DNA of 64,000 nucleotides, from contig NW_025764893.1 in the NCBI RefSeq assembly GCF_003918875.1, forward strand, positions 1,364,001 to 1,428,000. The letters run 5' to 3'. This DNA comes from Haliotis rubra (lineage: Eukaryota). This document shows positions 25,664-38,062 of the stretch, piece by piece (position 1 is the stretch's first letter; each line of letters begins with the position of its first letter). The notes beneath the pieces were generated by a model. That model had not been told where the DNA came from, did not search any database, and saw nothing but the letters and a program-made list of their open reading frames with translations. The position numbers were made by a program, and so were the translations under genes.

Positions 25664-25846
25664 ACTGACTGACTGACTGACTGACTGACTGAGTTTGGTT
25701 TTACGCCGCTTTTAGCAATATTCCAGCAACATCACGGCGGGGGACACCAGAAATGGGCTTCACACATTGTACCCATGTGGGGATTCGAACCCGCGTCTTC
25801 GACGTGACGAGCCAACGCTTTAACCATTAGGCTACCCCACCGCCCC
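25664..25846 (-). mobile_element. Family A SINE
   Basis: 13-bp TSD gagaggaaaccca at 25651-25663 and 25847-25859. Confidence 0.93.
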
Positions 25847-26518
25847 GAGAGGAAACCCACAGTGATGTAGGTCTCAGGCGGTTACCACTGGAAAACGGGT
25901 AAATCAGTTTGCGGTCTATTTCATAATGATAATTGGTATTTTCACTCAGGAATTTTCAGTGATAAAATGTTGAGCATTGATAAAAAACTTAGTTTGTCTC
26001 TTAACAAAAAAATCCATAGCGTGATAGTGCTGAAATGCTGACAGGATAAGAAGAGATGAAAAGGTAATTAACTTGTTAATCCCACAGTAAAGGAGAACTA
26101 TTTAGATACTTTCGACAGAAAAAACGGATAGTCCATGGTATGCTGATAATACGGCGTAAACCCGACTCAATGAAGTACACTGCCGGACAAAATGAACTAT
26201 ACCGCCATGTATGTCGGCGGCTATAAATGAAACAAAGAAGGAATGGTTATTCGATGGTGATTTTATACGGGTATCAAATTGGTGTTTTGGTTTGCAGAGT
26301 ATTTCGGAGATTCATTATAGCCTAGTTTTCATAAAGTTTGTAACGTTATAATCAAATCCATTTTTTAAAATTAGTGAATTTTTTCGGACGACAGTTTACA
26401 GTGCACAAAATTCACTTATTAGATAGGCGGAGAGAGTTGTAGGTGAAGATGTGTGATCTCTCTGACCTCAGTGGACGTGAGGTCGTCTTGTGAGATCAAT
26501 GTTTCGTTACACAAAGCG

Positions 26519-26687
26519 AGTGAGTGAGTGAGTGAGTTTAGTTTTACGCCCCTTTTAACAACATTCCAGCAATATCACGGCAGGGGACACCAGAAATGGG
26601 CTTCACACATTGTACCCATGGGAATTGAACCCGAACTCTGCTGCGTGACGAGCGAACGCTTTAACCACGAGGCTACCCGACCGCCCC
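26519..26687 (-). mobile_element. Family A SINE
   Basis: Reverse consensus with (gagt)n tail. Confidence 0.9.
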
Positions 26688-27142
26688 GCACAAGCGGTCT
26701 TAGATCTTACCTCTACGACGAGCGTAAGCTGATGCTGAAGTATGTTAGTTACGATTACTAAGATCCCTTTGTTCAACGCGGTCCTGGTGAACTGTTCAAA
26801 GAAATTAATCTAGGCAACTTTCAACGACCTCAGCGCCTCTGGCAATGCTTCCTTCTTTGAGACAACTAATATGTAAATGAAGAGGTCCTCGATCTTAAAG
26901 CAAAGCAAACATCTCTTGTGTTAAATTGTGTTAAAGTTTCATAGTTGTGTTTAATGAAACAAAAGAAAGTCTGTTTAGAAATACGGTTCTTATCAGCTAA
27001 AACTATAAAAATGCCACCTGTTTATAGGGGATCAACGTAGTATACTACTCATTACAAGTAAAGGAAAACACTGCTTGGAGGCTGAGTTGCAATGCTCATC
27101 AGGCATGACAGATTACTTAGTCATATGAGAAACTGGGTGTAG

Positions 27143-28410
27143 CTGTACTGCCCCAACCAAAGAAGGTTGTCCTGTACTATCCTAAACAGAGACGGTTGTC
27201 CTGTACTTCCCGTAGTACTGCCCCAACCAGAGAAGGTTGTCTTATTCTGCCCCAACCAGAGAAGGTGTTCCCATACTGCCCCATCCAGAGAAGGTTGTCA
27301 TGTACTGCCCCAACCAGAGAAGGTTGTCATGTACTGCCCCAACAAGTGAAGGTTGTCCCGTACTGCCCCAACCAGAGAAGGTTGTCCCGTACTGCCCCAA
27401 CCAGTGAAGGTGGTCTTGTACTGCCCCAACCAGAGAAGGTTGTGCTGTACTGCCCCAACCAGAGAAGGTGGTCCCGTACTGCCCCAACCGGAGAAGGTGG
27501 TCCTGTACTGCTCCAACCAGAGAAGGTGGTCCCGTACTGCCCCAACCAGAGAAGGTGGTCCTGTACTGCTCCAACCAGAGAAGGTGGTCCCGTACTGCCC
27601 CAAGCAGAGAAGGTGGTCTTGTACTGCCCTAACCAGTGAAGGTGGTCTTGTACTGCCCTAACCAGTGAAGGTGGTCCTGTACTGCTCCAACCAGAGAAGG
27701 TGGTCTTGTACTGCCCCAACCAGAGAAGGTTGTCTTATACTGCCCCAACCAGAGAAGGTTGTCCTGAACTGCCCCAATCAGAGAAGGTGGTCTTGTACTG
27801 TCCCTACCAGAAAAGACTGTCGTGTACTGCTCCAACCAGAGAAGGTGGTCCCGTACTGCCTTAAACAGAGAAGGTTGTCCTGTACTGCCCCAACCAGAGA
27901 AGGTGGTCCTCTACTGCTCCGACCAAAGAAGGTGGTCCTGTACTGCCCCAACCAGAGAAGGTTGTCTCATACTGCCCCAACCAGAGAAGGTTGTCCTGAA
28001 CTGCCCCAATCAGAGAAGGTGGTCTTGTACTGTCCCTACCAGAGAAGGTTGTCCTGTACTGCTCCAACCAAAGAAGGTGGTCCTGTACTGCCCCAACCAA
28101 AGAAGGTGGCCCCGCACTGCCCCAACCAAAGAAGGTGGCCCTGCACTGCCCCAACCAAAGAAGATGGCCCTGCACTGCCCCAACCAAAGAAGGTGCCCCT
28201 GCACTGCTCCAACCAGAGAAGGTGGCCCTGCACTGCCCCAACCAAAGAAGGTGCCCCTGCACTGCCCCAGCCAAAGAAGATGGCCCTGCACTGCCCCAAC
28301 CAAAGAAGGTGCCCCTGCACTGCTCCAACCAGAGAAGGTGGCCCTGCACTGCCCCAACCAAAGAAGGTGCCCCTGCACTGCCCCAACCAAAGAAGGTGGT
28401 CCTCTTGTAC
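27143..28410 (+). repeat. 29-bp minisatellite (~43 units)
   Basis: Unit gtactgccccaaccagagaaggtggtcct with positional variants. Confidence 0.97.
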
Positions 28411-28772
28411 CAATACTAGAGGAGGCTGGTCATTCAGCTGTTTCAACTAAGTGGTAATGCATCAGCTACGGACATACCTTGCACAAATGTTGTTAGTGAG
28501 TGAGTCAAGTGTTTAAGAATGTTTGGTTTATGCCTCTTTGAGTGGTATTCCTGTCTCAAGGGGTGTCGTGAAGAATTTGATGTTTAAAGCCCGAATTGAT
28601 ACATGTATCACATGAATTCGAGCAGCTGCCACTGCCTTTGTATTTGGCAATATCACTCAGGTGTGGAGATAGATCATCACTGGTGCAATCCGGTCAAATA
28701 TTGCTGGGGAATTGCTCAAACCAAACTCACTACTCAATCTGCATTAATTATACTACATCTAATTATTCACTG

Positions 28773-28944
28773 AGGGTGGTGGGGTAGCCTAATGGTAAAA
28801 GCGCCCGCTCGTCACGCTGAAGGCCTGGGTTCGATTCCCCACATGAGTACAATGTGTGAAGACCATTTTCTGGTGTCCCCCACCGTAGTATTAATATTGC
28901 TGGAATATTGCTAAAATCGGCGTAAAACCATACTCACTCACTCA
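28773..28944 (+). mobile_element. Family A SINE
   Basis: Matches consensus. Confidence 0.9.
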
Positions 28945-30401
28945 TCAATTACACACTATACAACCTCTAGAATCCCAAACTTTGTCCATGAAATACTTTT
29001 GCTTTAACAGTAAGGTTCGAATTAATGGGGTTTCATTCTTCAAGATTTTTTTTCTATTCCTCAGTTTGTATTTTCTTATTAGGAATCAATCTGACGTGAA
29101 GACGTTCACAACGTCACCAACGTTTTATTACCCTCAAACCAGATAGATCGACCCTCCTTTTATTGACAACATACGGAAATCAAAGCAAATATACACAAAA
29201 AATACCAATACAAAATAATTGATTCCATCGTCTTGTTTAGTGTTATATCTGTTCAAGCCGAATATTGTTGTTATTGCAGAGCAACATTGTAGAAGCTTAC
29301 GACGTTGATGACACTTCTTTCTGTCTACGTGACCCTTAAAATACCCCAGAGTAGACAATTTATTCAAAATGAGAAACCTATTTTAGTAAGATGAAATCAT
29401 TTGATCGTGAAATGGGCTCACAAACCTGTGGTAAGGAGTCGTATCAATCAACTCGGTCGCCTCCCGGTTAATACCATGTACCCCCAGACTCCCCACCGCG
29501 CGTCCGTGACCATCCCCCCGCTCTGGCTTATCACGCCTCTGGGAAATCAGGAGGACGGTGGAGAAATTGAGCTCAACATTTCCCCCTAATCTATATTCCC
29601 AACCAAGCCAAACTGACAAGAAAATAGCGAACACAGGACAGTTTTCGACAGCCATGAAATTGCTTTATGGGTGAATCCGGGCTGTCCGGGTTTTAATGGG
29701 CAGCATGAGTGTCGTGAACGAAAAGGAAACTCGCTGCAGTGCAACACGACGAATGCGACACCAGTTGATGGCTGACATCTAACGACCTCCAAACTGGGAA
29801 TAATCTTTCATCAAAAAGTTTCATTTCTAAACGCGTTTTTTTAGGTGAAAGCACACTCCTGGTTGTAAAATTTTCATTTCAGAGTTTATTTTTTTAAAAG
29901 ATCGAATTTTCTAGACCGATCTCATTAGTTTGAAACACTTACGAAACGCAGCCGACACGTCATAACTCATGGGTCCCCTGGTGACGAGAGTTTGAACAGG
30001 CGGGATTCGCTTAGAAAGAAGCAACTCTCAGTTTCAAAGCGGCTTCGGGAACATTTGACGACATCGGAAATATTTGAGCTGAAACTGAAATTCAATACAG
30101 ATATGTACACAACGTAGATATAGTTTTTCAGAATATTCACAGTAGAATGATATTCTTGCCCCCTGAACTATTCCTGATTAGCACATACGATCATTTTAAA
30201 AAATGATTTAACATACGTTTTTGTATGTTCATGCTGTCTTGTCTTGACAGTCTACAGAAAAAGATTCCCAAACAATTCTGGCTGTGATAAGTCCAAGAGT
30301 GTCGTTCTGTATTGTCCCATTTTCAAAAAAAACATTTGCACGATTTTCGAGAACTGTAACTAACATCCCATGTATATCCGGGTTGGAATTGGTCTTAAAC
30401 A

Positions 30402-30570
30402 GGGGCGGTAGGGTAGCCTAGTGGTTAAAGCGTTCGCTCCTCACGCCGAAGGCCCGGGTTCGATTCCCCATATGGGTACAATTTGTGAAGCCCATTTATG
30501 GTGTCCCCCGCCGTGATATTGCTGGAATATTGCTAAAAACGGCGTAAAACCATACTCAGTCAGTCAGTCA
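30402..30570 (+). mobile_element. Family A SINE nested in an older family B copy (~30367-30730)
   Basis: TSD gtcttaaaca/gtcttgaaca; the flanks rejoin as the family B 5' region. Confidence 0.88.
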
Positions 30571-31030
30571 GTCTTGAACAAACTTGTGTTATTGAAAGGG
30601 GCGACTTATGGGGTTGGTTGGTCAGGTTCAGTGACTAGGTTGATGCATGTCACTGTTCCCCAATTGCGTAGAGAGATGCTGTGGTGACAGGCGATGGGTT
30701 GCCTGGTCCAGACATATTGCTGGAAAAATGCTGCTCCCGTCTTCCATCCTTCTTATAACAGGGTACGCAGCTCTAGATGCACAAGATGCTGGGACTTCGC
30801 CTTATCCAGAATTTCCCCCGTGTAGGGAATGTGGGTGAGTTTAGTAATGTCGAAGTATTTCAGTTGTATCACGGTGCGTCAAAGTGCTGTCGGAAGAAAC
30901 ACCGAAGTCATATAGGCCTTACATGTTTATCACAGCGAGATTGGAATGGGGCTTACAGGTTGGAATTCGAACACATAATCATAGGATTCTGTTATGCCAA
31001 GGGAACGACTAAGCCACCACCGTTCTAAGA

Positions 31031-31198
31031 GAGTGAGTGAGTGAGTTTGGTTTTACGCCGCTTTTAGCAATATTCCAGCAACATCAGGGCGGGGGACACC
31101 AGAAATGGGCTTCACGCACTGTACCCATGTGGGGAATCGAACCCGCGTCATCGGCGTGACGAGCCAACGCTTTACCCACAAGGCTACCCCGCCGCCCC
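31031..31198 (-). mobile_element. Family A SINE
   Basis: Reverse consensus. Confidence 0.9.
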
Positions 31199-32017
31199 AT
31201 ATATGGTACAATATCCAGATGTTCGTACGATGAAATTCCAAAATCACTTTCTCACTGTGCCCACGAAGATCCGGATCTTCAGCAACTCATGCTTCATCAG
31301 AAGCGAATTATGGCATAGGCTCCCTGACGTGGTTGATGCATAGCATCGTATCCCAGATTGATCCCAGATCGATGCTCATGATGTCAATCACTGGATTGTC
31401 AGGTCCAGACGCGATTATTTACAAATCGCATCATTGCTGAGAGCAGCGTCAAAGAACAAACAAATTACCCACTGCGTCTTACATTTACGTACTCTTTGTT
31501 GTATTTGCTAGAAAGTGTTTTTATCAATGTTTGAACAATGCTTCAGTATCTTACATGTTTTCTCTCTTTTTCCCCTATTCCCCATGGCAAGTGATGGATA
31601 AAGCACTGGATACATCAAACTCCAACCATTTTTTAGATTTTTTTTCGGATAACGATTCTCATCTGTCGCCGACACCACCACACTGTGAATCAATACTGAT
31701 GTTTCCTTAGAGATGCTGGCGCTTCGTGAAAACTTGGAAACAGACCAGCTGTAACTGACTCACTGGTTTCACAGCGGATTCGTAAAAAGACGATACATAC
31801 CGAGGGTCTAGTAGATTTCAAATACTTGTTAATTTCAACATTGTAGCGAATGATATATACAGTATGTAAGCATAAACAGACATCGAATCCCAGATGGCGC
31901 TGCAAGGGCAACCATGATTTGTGAGTGAGTTTAACGTATATCAGTTACGTTATTACAACATGATTGTCCAATCAGATTGCTAGATTTTTTTAACGAGTAA
32001 TACATGTACGAGCCACA

Positions 32018-32242
32018 GACCCGTAAAGATCCCCGTTGAAATTGGTCTTCAGCAACCTATGGAGACTAACAGGGTCGGGTGGTCAGGCTGTCTGACTTTG
32101 TTTGGCATTGTCATCTTATCCCAATAGCGCAGATCGCTGCTCATGCTGTTGATCACTGGATTGTGTGGTCCAGACCGATTATTGACAGACCACCGCCACA
32201 TAGCTGGAATATTCCTGAGTGCGGTGTTAAACAACAAACAAA
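32018..32242 (+). mobile_element. Family B retroposon
   Basis: Consensus match. Confidence 0.85.
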
Positions 32243-33675
32243 CTGGTGATCTTTAAGTCATTATAGATTATCTGTCCTGAGCAAATGGATAGTTCTAATC
32301 TCGAAACGCTGACGAGTGACGGAAAGAATTCTTTCACAAGGAAAAGATAAGTCTGTAATTTCGAATATCTCAGAGGTAATTCTATACATCGCTCACCCAA
32401 ATTTTCAGAACGAAAATGAACAAAAAACCCGCAAAGGAAGTGTTTATTAATGTAGTAGAACCTGAACACAAGCCCCATTCATTTGATATGATATACACGA
32501 TAACCCACAATGTCACCCTTTATACTTAATATTGACAGAAACTGTCAAGCATCCCTCTCTCGAAGATTAAAATTAACGCGTCCCTCCTGTCTTCCTTGTC
32601 CCCTATTATATAATTCCATCCCCCAAACCAAAATCCTACATCCGCCTTTCCCCTTTAGTATCCATTCGTCCTTTGTAACACGTACTTTCAAATCAAAGCT
32701 TAATTCAAATAAATCACTACACTTCCATCATGGCGACAAACCTATTAAAATGCGCAACGTTGAACCTAAAATGACACACGCCGGAAGACAGCCTTTCTGC
32801 TGGTGAAATGCACCGTTATGGAAGAGGTGACCCCTGTCTTTCTCATGGCGAGAGACTCATGATCAAGCTCACGATAACCTCTCATTGTGGTCCGGGAACG
32901 CATCACTTCACTTGGACAGTTAATTTGGTCCGTGTCGTGGTGTAGTAACTGAGAAAAAATATGCCGTTCACTCACACCGGAAATTGGAAATTGCCGTAAA
33001 TGAGTCTGGATGTCGTTAAATCTGTGAAGTGTCAACAATCGGAAACGAATTTCGATGAAGTTGAAGCCGTGCGGCTCTATATTCTATTATTGTTCAGCGA
33101 GACGGTAAAGCAAAGATTGATGGACACTCAACAACTAATAACCCGGTGGTTGGGTCCATGCTGGCAGACAAATGTCATTTCACAGACTGTCGAGGAGAAA
33201 AACACACCCTCAACTTCTGTGTCATCGCAGTTGTCTCCCTTTCGCAAAATCTATTTCTTCGATAAACTTGAAGACGTAAGCGTTTTTATTATTGTTTCTG
33301 AATGATGACTGAAGGAGAATTTCTCAAAGCCTGGTTTGTTGTTGTGGAAAATTTGTGTGTTTTTTCAGATGTTTAAGGCTGAACACGGCGATATTCCTTT
33401 CTGTGACGGTAAAGAATTGAGCCTGGACCCAATCCAGTGCTTGACGGTTGAGTAGCCAAGAGGTTAAAGCGTTCGCTCGTCATGCCGAAGACCCGGGTTT
33501 CTTTCCCGCACATGGGTACAAAGTCCATTTACTGCTGGAATATTGGAATATTGCTACATGTGGCGTAAAAATAAACTCACTTGACGTCTTGAGCATCAGT
33601 CTACCCAAATAGGATACGAAGACGTCCATCTATTAATCGGAACAACTGACCCCTTTAGATCCCTCTTCAACATTG

Positions 33676-33780
33676 GTGCCGTTGTACAAACCGATCTTAG
33701 GGCTAAGGTGTTCGAATCTCCCATACCTTATCACAGACTAGCGACATTCGTATCGCTCATGTTGCTCTGTGCAACGGCAC
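33676..33780. mobile_element. ~105-bp MITE-like element
   Basis: TIR gtgccgttgtaca / tgtgcaacggcac; internal cttag(c/g)gctaag motif also seen at ~21800, ~22580 and ~24160. Confidence 0.55.
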
Positions 33781-34364
33781 TCAGTTCCTATTCGGGCCCC
33801 CACAGATACGTTCTACCGAAAGCCTATTTCAGCTATTTTTCTTAGAGGTTAAAAATAGGAACATAAGTGATCGTGTGACGTCATGATGTATTGTGACGTC
33901 ACAAAATATGAAGTCAACATTGATTTCGATTTTCATTGACTCTCATATTTTCAGCCATAATATGAATAACAATATCACCATGGTAACTAGTGATATAGTT
34001 TGAGTTTCTGTCTGAAGCAGAATGGGAGCTAAATAATTAAAGCCAAGGTTTCGACTCTACTTTTGGGTACACTGCGTGAAGCCCATACCGGGTGTCCTCT
34101 GTGATATTGCAGGATCCGGTAGCGACCTGGGATAGAATGTGCCCCCGGACCTCAGTGTTCGTCGGACCCCGGGTTAGAATTAGTCGGGTGGTCGTTCTCC
34201 AACGGCTGACATTTAATAGAAATCGCTCGGTTACTTAAAGGGCCGTCATATAAGTAGATCGCGTGGCCTTAAAGAACCAACACATGCACATTTCGAAAAG
34301 CAGCTGGCAGATAAGATAAAAAGGTTAAACGCCCATTCAGATGATTTTGCGAAAACTGTTTTTT

Positions 34365-34569
34365 TGCTGTATAACGCAACATTATTCCAGCCATATGGTG
34401 GCGGTGTGTAGATAATCGAGTCTGGACCATACAATCCAGTGATCAGCAGCATGAGCATCGATCTACGCAACTGGGATACGATGACATGTGTGAACCAAGT
34501 CAGCGTTAGTCGCCTCTAATGACAAGCATGGGTTGCTGAAGACCAATTCTAACCCGGATCTTCACGGGT
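34365..34569 (-). mobile_element. Family B retroposon
   Basis: Reverse consensus ending ggatcttcacgggt. Confidence 0.87.
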
Positions 34570-35996
34570 AGATGCAAAAACAGCTAGGCAAACTAAACAT
34601 CGGTTTCAACATGTTTATTTATACAAATTTGCTATCATTTAATCAACAATATGTCACGGCCTTGACCTCGTGACCTTAGAAACAGGAAGAGCGTTAACAT
34701 CAGCAGTAGTAGAAGGATTAATGGGAAGTACGAATGTATGGAGGGATGTCGGGGACAAACAGTCGCCATTTGCACATTGGATTACGATCTATATGCTATA
34801 ATGCACAATTAATCATAGAACACCAACTGAGTATGGGCCAATGTCTACTAACAAGACACATGCTGTGGAAATACATTTTGCGAGCAGTGTCAGAAACCCC
34901 TTTCTCATATCAACAATAATCTGAGAACAATTGTCACATTGTAGGAGAAATTCTTGGATATTTGCTTCTTAAATAATGAGAAGGGCCCACGATGATAAAC
35001 TAAAACACATTGTTACAGCGAAGTATTCCTGGCTCATCTACTGATTGGGCTATCCAACCTTTAAGAAACGCTTCTCATCATCGTCCAGTCACATTACATT
35101 ATGTGGACGTTTGTGTCAATAAAAATGAATATTATTGGTTTTGCCAGGTAATGAATCCGGTTTCAGCATAATGTCAAGGTATGCCATATTGCCCGGGTTT
35201 TAACGGAAGAGTTGTCGTTCGTTGCGAAAGCTATATCGTCATGGTTACTGATGGGTTATAGCACATTTCTTCCGGGTTGAGATGAGAAACATTTCGTTTT
35301 GACCAAATGATAAATTGAGAACATTTATCAAATAATACGACCAAAAGCGGTTTCCGTGTGATTAATCGTCGTTGTCACGAATATTCTCACTTCAAACCTG
35401 GCTAAACTTAAACCCCAATCTGTCAGCCGTTCTGGTGCAACCGCTACAAAAAAGCTTCCAGCATAACGCAATATATTCACCGACTTGTTCATCTATAAAT
35501 GTAATAGTTCTGATTAATGAAGTTACGTTACTGTAATTAATTATAATACCTAACATATATAACTATTTAAAATATCCCATCACCTAAAAAAGATTTGGTT
35601 TCTTTCATGTGGTGTTTTTGTTGTTGTTTGCAAGCCACAGTCAACAATATTCAGCAAAATGGCGGCCTGTAAATATATTATATTTTTTATCACTTTATTT
35701 TTTTTTGCCTGTAATATTTTGATCTGGAGGAGGCAAAGCAGCCTAAAAAGTCAACGTTGCCACTGGGCCTGACCACCCAATCCATTTAGTAGCTTATAAC
35801 CTAAACTGGTTGTGAAAGACGTGAATCGTTGTTCATAGTATCAATCACTGGATTGTCTGACACAAACTCCATTTTTATCTACAGGTCATATCATTCAAAT
35901 GGAATATTGTTGGATGTGGCGTTAAATAACAGCGAAACAGACAACCTACCCTCGTCACTAACAAGCCTGGCATGAACAGCCTCATATATACATACA

Positions 35997-36185
35997 ACTG
36001 TGAAACTCTGGTAACTCGAACTTTGGTATCTCGAATTACCCTTGAAGGCGATGTAACCGATCTTTGATCCACGTTCAGATCTTTTCGTCAATGTGCCTTT
36101 TATCGGAACCCTAAAAGTTTCCAACAACTGATAACTCGACAAGTATTCGATTCCCCAGGAGTTCGAGTTAACAACGTTTCACTGT
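35997..36185. mobile_element. Small mariner/pogo-type MITE
   Basis: Inverted ends gtgaaac....gtaactcgaact / agttcgagttaac..cgtttcac with internal taactcga repeats. Confidence 0.6.
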
Positions 36186-36882
36186 CTTTCGAGTATAGGT
36201 ATATGGATCCATAAATATTAACTTACATATATTAATTATTTTTTTAATTTACGAACTTGCTACACATTGGACAAAGCATCTCTGTGGAGCGCATGTACTT
36301 GGCTTCAGCTTGGCGAGACACAAGCTCAGTCGACCGCATCCTCGGGAGTGAAGGGTATAATCCATTGCCCAACCCTTATGGCAAGAGTGCGTTGTTTAAT
36401 GAAATGGGTGGAACTCTTACTGAAACAGAAGTAGGATATGATTAGAAGATGCATTCAAAGTGGTGTCAGTTTATAGGTTTGGACGTATACGTTTGATGTG
36501 ACATATACTCATGCAGAGTGTGAATGGGTCATGTTATTTTGATGGAGCGATGAGTGAGTGAGTGAACGGTGTTATATTTCGGGCTGTTAACTTAATGTAT
36601 TCCCCTAGGTGTCGAAGGATATAGACATCATAATAAGCGGATCCTGCCATGAAATGTACACAACTCAGTGGGATCCCCAAACCCCATCTCCCTCATAGCA
36701 GCATGAGTATAAAATGCAATCACCCCGATACCCAGTAGTGCTTGACCTTTTCTTGGCTACCTTTGTTCAATAAATCATTTTGTATTTATATTTCAGTATA
36801 TTCATTTAATTGTTCATACAATATCAGTCAAATGTGACACCTCCTAATTTACGGTGTAGTAAAAATTACAATCATCCTTATA

Positions 36883-36888
36883 TTTATT
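36883..36888 (-). terminator. Candidate polyadenylation signal (AATAAA) of the LHFPL gene
   Basis: tttatt on the + strand about 355 nt past the stop codon; lies in an AT-rich (TAT)n tract, so weak. Confidence 0.3.
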
Positions 36889-37242
36889 ATTATTATTATT
36901 ATTATTCCATCATATGTATATTTGTTTACTAACCTGGTGGTGTCTGACTTGGTCCCAGTTGTCAGCAAGGAGAACACACGCGGGATACCCCATTGTCAGA
37001 AATGCCACAAAACTGTCACGCACGTGATTGTTTGTTCCCATGGCCACTGACAACGTCGACAGCCCTATCCTCATCTTGAATGTATATCGTGTCATATCAC
37101 ATATCACAGTTTGAAAACCTCCATCCCCCAAAACGACCGTCCCGCACATCTATATTTACACCCACCCCACCCGTCAACAAACTGTTATTGCTTTTTCATA
37201 CGCATCTCGGGAATATCACATGCCGGAGACCACTTCCGGTCG

Positions 37243-37457
37243 TCAGGAGAAAATGTCACTGGTTTTCATGTCTGTGAACTGAGATAGGAAAGGGCAAAAC
37301 ATCGAGAGAGCAGTTCCCATGATTCCCAGCATGTAGCTCCAGCCAATCAGACAATGGCCTGAGTCGTAAGCGGAAGCGGTGTCTCCACAGTAATGGCGGA
37401 AGTATGAGGACCCAAATCCGAGTGGAAATATCAACAGGCCAGCGATCATGATGAGGA
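37243..37457 (-). CDS. LHFPL7: LHFPL-family tetraspan membrane protein, coding exon 2 (terminal)
   Basis: Acceptor tttcag|TC at 37458/37457 completes Val (G+TC). Encodes VLIMIAGLLIFPLGFGSSYFRHYCG...SGHCLIGWSYMLGIMGTALSMFCPFLSQFTDMKTSDIFS-stop, with the family GLLIFPxG and CxxGWxY motifs. 364+215=579 nt = 192 aa plus stop. Confidence 0.9.
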
Positions 37458-37751
37458 CTGAAACAAATGAAATAAATAACAATAATAAGTAAGTCAGAGG
37501 AATATCATATTATGTTGTCACTTAAATACAAACGGGATAATAGGTTAATGTGGTTGGAAAATGAGTAGTTGTCCGTGCCACGTGAAGACTGTCACTGAAG
37601 CACCTTAGCTGTCACGTCCTAATATATATAGGGTCGTCGTTCCGGATGTCGTTATACCCTCAGCTCTACGATTGTCACACATATAATGGTAAAAGCGTCA
37701 TTGTAAAAGTACTAGGATTACGTGGAATGAAGCAAGGATCGTTGTATATTA

Positions 37752-38062
37752 GCAGCATTTTTATTTTTTGTGTTTCTCATCGCTCGACCGACCCTTCTAA
37801 TTATATTGCTGATCCTCAAAAAACTTTCTTTTATTCCAACACTGCCTCGTCATATGAAATGTTTATCTTTTAATCAGTCGCCGCAACAAGTCCAAAGAAC
37901 GCGAGAAATTCTAGTAAGAATTACAATAAATGAGAATGAAGAACATTATTCAGATAATTTTGTCTTTATTAAGTTTTGTTTTTTGTTGTTATTTCCCCCC
38001 GACCGACCGACCCATGTCAGAATTTGGTGGCTACGAGAAACACATTAAAAAATGATGCCCTA
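37752..38062. mobile_element. MITE-like element (intronic)
   Basis: Inverted ends gcatttt...tgtgtttctc / gagaaacaca...aaatgatgc; internal cgaccgaccc direct repeat. Confidence 0.5.

Noticed and set aside
27167-28457. Cys/Pro-rich repeat ORFs
   Set aside because: The 29-bp period cycles through all frames; satellite artefact.
32305-32340. Hammerhead ribozyme (ctgacga...gaaa with palindromic stem III)
   Set aside because: Stem I and stem II cannot pair.
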